Assembly: GCA_047967505.1 (NCBI GenBank)
Contig: CM106538.1
Strand: one strand, 5' to 3'
Length of the DNA stretch: 64,000 bases
From: Dipteris shenzhenensis
Lineage: Eukaryota
How positions within the stretch are numbered: position 1 is the stretch's first letter; each line of letters begins with the position of its first letter. Made by a program: the position numbers and the translations under genes. A model generated the notes under the pieces. It searched no databases and was not told the DNA's origin. It was given only the letters and a program-made list of their open reading frames with translations. Below are positions 60,593 to 64,000 of the stretch, one piece after another.

Positions 60593-62942
60593 GGGCTACT
60601 GCTCCTCCCCGACCTTTGCTGCTCCTCTCCCTCTCCTCAGCCGTATGACCGTACGGCCCTCCCTCCCTCTCCCCTCTGCTAGCGCTCTCCTCTCCCTCCC
60701 GTACCTCCTCTCAGCCTTGCCGCCCTCTCCTCTCAGCCTCGCTCCCTCTCCTCTCAGCCCCGCTCCCTCTCCTCTCAGCCCCGCTGCCCTCCTCCTATGC
60801 GGTACAGCCGTACTGCCCCCCTCTACGCCTACCCTCTCCTCTCCGCCCTCCCTCCCCTAGCCTCTCTGTCCTACCCGCCTACCTCTAGCCTCTCGGCCTA
60901 CCCTCTTCCCTAGCCCTCTCTCCCTTTGCCTACCCTCTCCTCCCCCTTCCCTCTCCGCCCTTCCCTCCTTACACACTCTCCCTCTCCCTCCCTGCTGCCC
61001 CCCTTCTCCCCTTGGCCCTCACCCTCTCCCTCTCCCTCCTTGCTGCCCCCTTCTCCCCTTAGCCCTCACCCTCTCCCTCTCCCTCCCTGTTGCCCTCTTC
61101 TCCCTTGCCCTCACTCTTCTATCCTCTTCCTCCTCTTCCTCCTCTTCCTAGCCATTCCTAGCAGCACTTTTGGTCGGATGGAGCTTTTTGTATTCGAGTT
61201 AGCCTTCACACCTTGATTGACGATGGCCCAACCTTCAGTCAATCCTCGCCCGCTTCCACCGGCCGCGAAAACCATCACTTTCTCAAAAGACGAGTTGCCA
61301 GTAGCTCAAAAAAGATACGGAGCAGGAGAGCTCGACATTGCTCTTTGCTCGCATCCATGGGTCCCACCCTTCGAGGTTACAGGCTAGGGACTAGATGCTC
61401 ACCGCTCTACCTGGAGACCTCGCAAGGCACTTCACATATGTTCATCTGCTTGGGCGAGGTTTCATCCAAATTCTTTTTGACTCATCGGAGGTAGCACGTA
61501 CAGTGCTTCAGGCTAATCCGTTAGCACTGGGCTCCAAGAGGATGTTTTTGACCCCTTTTTCATTGGGGTTTGATCTTGTCGAGGAGGACAGCCCAACAAT
61601 GTCACTCTTCATCAGATTTTCAGGCCTTTCTCGAGTGTACCATCGATTGCTACATTCCATTGGAGCCGCCTTTGAAGTGGTTACTGAGATCCCCCTCTCC
61701 CTGAGATGCCTACTTCAGCAACAGAGGCAGTCAGGTCCGATGGGGTACCGCGTAGGTCATTGTCTTTGACCCTAACATCTCGAATGACCACATTATGCTT
61801 CAGCGTCCAAATGGCTCCTTCTTCAGACAGAGAGTCGAGATTGCAGGGAGGCAGGATCAGTGTAGGATTTGCAGGAACCTTGGGCACTTTGCCAAAGATT
61901 GCCCAAGGAAAAAGAAAAGACCTAAAAGATCCACGGGTGCGCCTCATAGCTTCACCCGACTTGGACCTCCCTCAGAGCCAGTTCCTACCGCTCTAAGTGC
62001 TGCTAAACCTTTGGCTTCATAGCCAGGACCATCAGCCTCTCGTCCTGGTACTTCTACAGCGCGGACAAAGACAGTCAGCATGTCCTGTTTCAGTCGTCCC
62101 CCTGTTAGGTGCATGTTAGAGTTGGGGAGCCAGTACCTCAAGCTACCACTGATGGGGCCACGGACCCGTCTCTTCAACCAGGAGACATTCCTGTCATGGG
62201 TCCATGTGCTCATGTACAGGAGCGCTCACCTAGGGAAAACCTTTCTCCAGAGACTCGTGCCTTACTTGAGAACAATGCCAAAGTCGTGGGTGGCTAAGGT
62301 CATGCAGATTCATGCTGAGGTCATGCAGCGGGATCCCCTTTCTTCTCTTGCACGGCTGTCTACATTGGTTCCACTCCTTTCGCAGGGCTCCTTCGCACTC
62401 CTACGCCAGAGGTACTTCGTAGGAATTCATTTTCAGTTCTGGCAGACTTGGTTGAGTTTGAAACAGAGGATGAATTTGTACCCTCTACGCTCGGGGAGCA
62501 CATCTTTCAGACATCTGTGGATAGAGTTTCCCCCTCAACAGGTGTGGGTTTGCTTTCCCCAGTTGACTTCCCTCCTCTTGATAGGAGGAACTTTTCGCAG
62601 GAGAGGATTTTCTCCGCCAGTCAGGTAGGATCTTCCATCCGGCCTCCTCCTCTTGCAGATGAGGATTGTCAGTTGGAACGTTTAGGGCCTCGGGGGTTTA
62701 CCTTGCCGCCGCCGCCGCAAGCAGCTGATTCATAACCAACTTCATCTAGGTGTTACTGGGGGTCCCATGGACATTCTGATGATTCAGGAATACAAATTGG
62801 ATGTTAGGGATTGTGCCAAGTCGAGTAAGCTTCTTTCAGGCCATACTTTTTGGTCACGCACCTTGGGCACCAGGGGAGGTACTTGCATTTCAGTTTCTTC
62901 TTCTATACTCCCCTTGGTGATTGGACACGGGATCATAACCTC
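60593..62942 (+). mobile_element. LINE 5' portion (C-rich UTR, ORF1, start of EN)
   Basis: GGGCTACTGCTCCTCCCC start; CRICRNLGHFAKDC; MRIVSWNV at 62659. Confidence 0.9.
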
Positions 62943-64000
62943 GGCACTTGCCCTTGTGAAGGCCTGAAAGTGTAGTCCTGAACTCTGTGTTGATGAAAGG
63001 TGCATCAAGCAAAACATGCATATCCGGTTTCACCAAGAAAGGGATGCTCTGCCAAATAACCTGTCTAGCATCCTCTCTATCCCGTGTGTCAGGATCTGCA
63101 GTAAGAAGGGCGGCCTACAAATCTGAAGCTATGCGCATGACATCATCTGGATCTGTCTGTAAAACCCCATGTGAGTCAATAAGTTGGGATACACTCTCTC
63201 TACTATGTCTAGGGCCAAGAGTAGAGAAAAAGTGTTTATTGACTCTGCCACCCATCTGAATCCAGAAGGACTCCCGTGCATATGAAAGGCATACTCTGCT
63301 CTCTGATCAAGCAATATCTGCTGATGAGCCCTTGCTGTAGCAAGGCGCTCCTGAATCCAAGCATCTAAAGGCCGTTTCTGCTCTTCCCTCTGCAAAGTTG
63401 CCAACTGCTAGCGAACACCAATCTCACGTCTGAGAATATCTCGTCTCCTGGTACAAGCAACTGAGTGGTAGAAGTTGCTAATACCAGAAAGGGCAATAGC
63501 TACATGTGATGGATATGGCTGCTCACCCTGGACATGACAAACCCATATCTGCAGGGCTACCTCTGTGTACAAGGCATTTGGAATCCTAATGCTGGTAGAC
63601 CGGCCTCTCAAGTGAGGCTCTGAGATAGCCAACACAACAGGAAAGTGGTCTGCAGTGGAAACCCTAGCAGCAATGCATACCAATCCACCTCTATCTAGTA
63701 CCCATAGAATCTGTCAATGCGTGCATGAATAGGCATCTATTGCCTCCTGTTCGACCAAGAGAATAGGAGGGACTGTGGCTGAATAAGAAAGGCATCGTCT
63801 AACCAAGTATCTCTGCCACAGTGGTGAAAAAGGAAGGCATCCCAAGCTGCTCTCTCCAAAGAGTGAAGTCCTCCTTCTCTACCCCCTTTTTTGTCTGATG
63901 GTAACTCAACCATGTTAAAGTCACCTCCAATCACCCATGAATCCGCAATGGGGGCCAAGGAGGGTAAATCCTTCCACATAATGACACGTTCCCCTCTAAT
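62943..64000 (-). mobile_element. LINE ORF2 fragment (EN to RT start), running off the window
   Basis: Closely matches 54652-55731. Confidence 0.92.

Overview
Eukaryotic, land-plant-type DNA, made almost entirely of nested retroelements; a seed-free plant with a large genome is likely, but that is inference. One L1/Tx1-clade LINE family dominates: at least 11 recognisable 3' ends, one full-length TSD-flanked copy at 10048-16666 and a nearly intact ORF2 at 51740-56085. Also present: a complete chromodomain Ty3/Gypsy element (7123-19942), an older non-chromovirus Gypsy, Ty1/Copia fragments and solo LTRs, two further L1 families and an AT-rich foldback element. The only host sequence I recognise is two intact phase-1 exons (44218-44532 and 44679-45005, minus strand) encoding filamin/Ig-like repeats of a probable GEX2-like gene, isolated by very long TE-filled stretches. 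Most interesting: (i) the LINE's cis-architecture, with a covarying CUUG-tetraloop 3' stem-loop, ATGA ORF1/ORF2 overlap and a hypervariable C-rich 5' UTR behind a fixed start motif; (ii) a TATA-bearing cassette inserted just upstream of the ORF2 ATG in the best-preserved copy; (iii) a four-level insertion nest resolved by TSDs; (iv) a 27-nt LINE insertion with a 16-bp TSD. All coordinates and alignments were read by eye.
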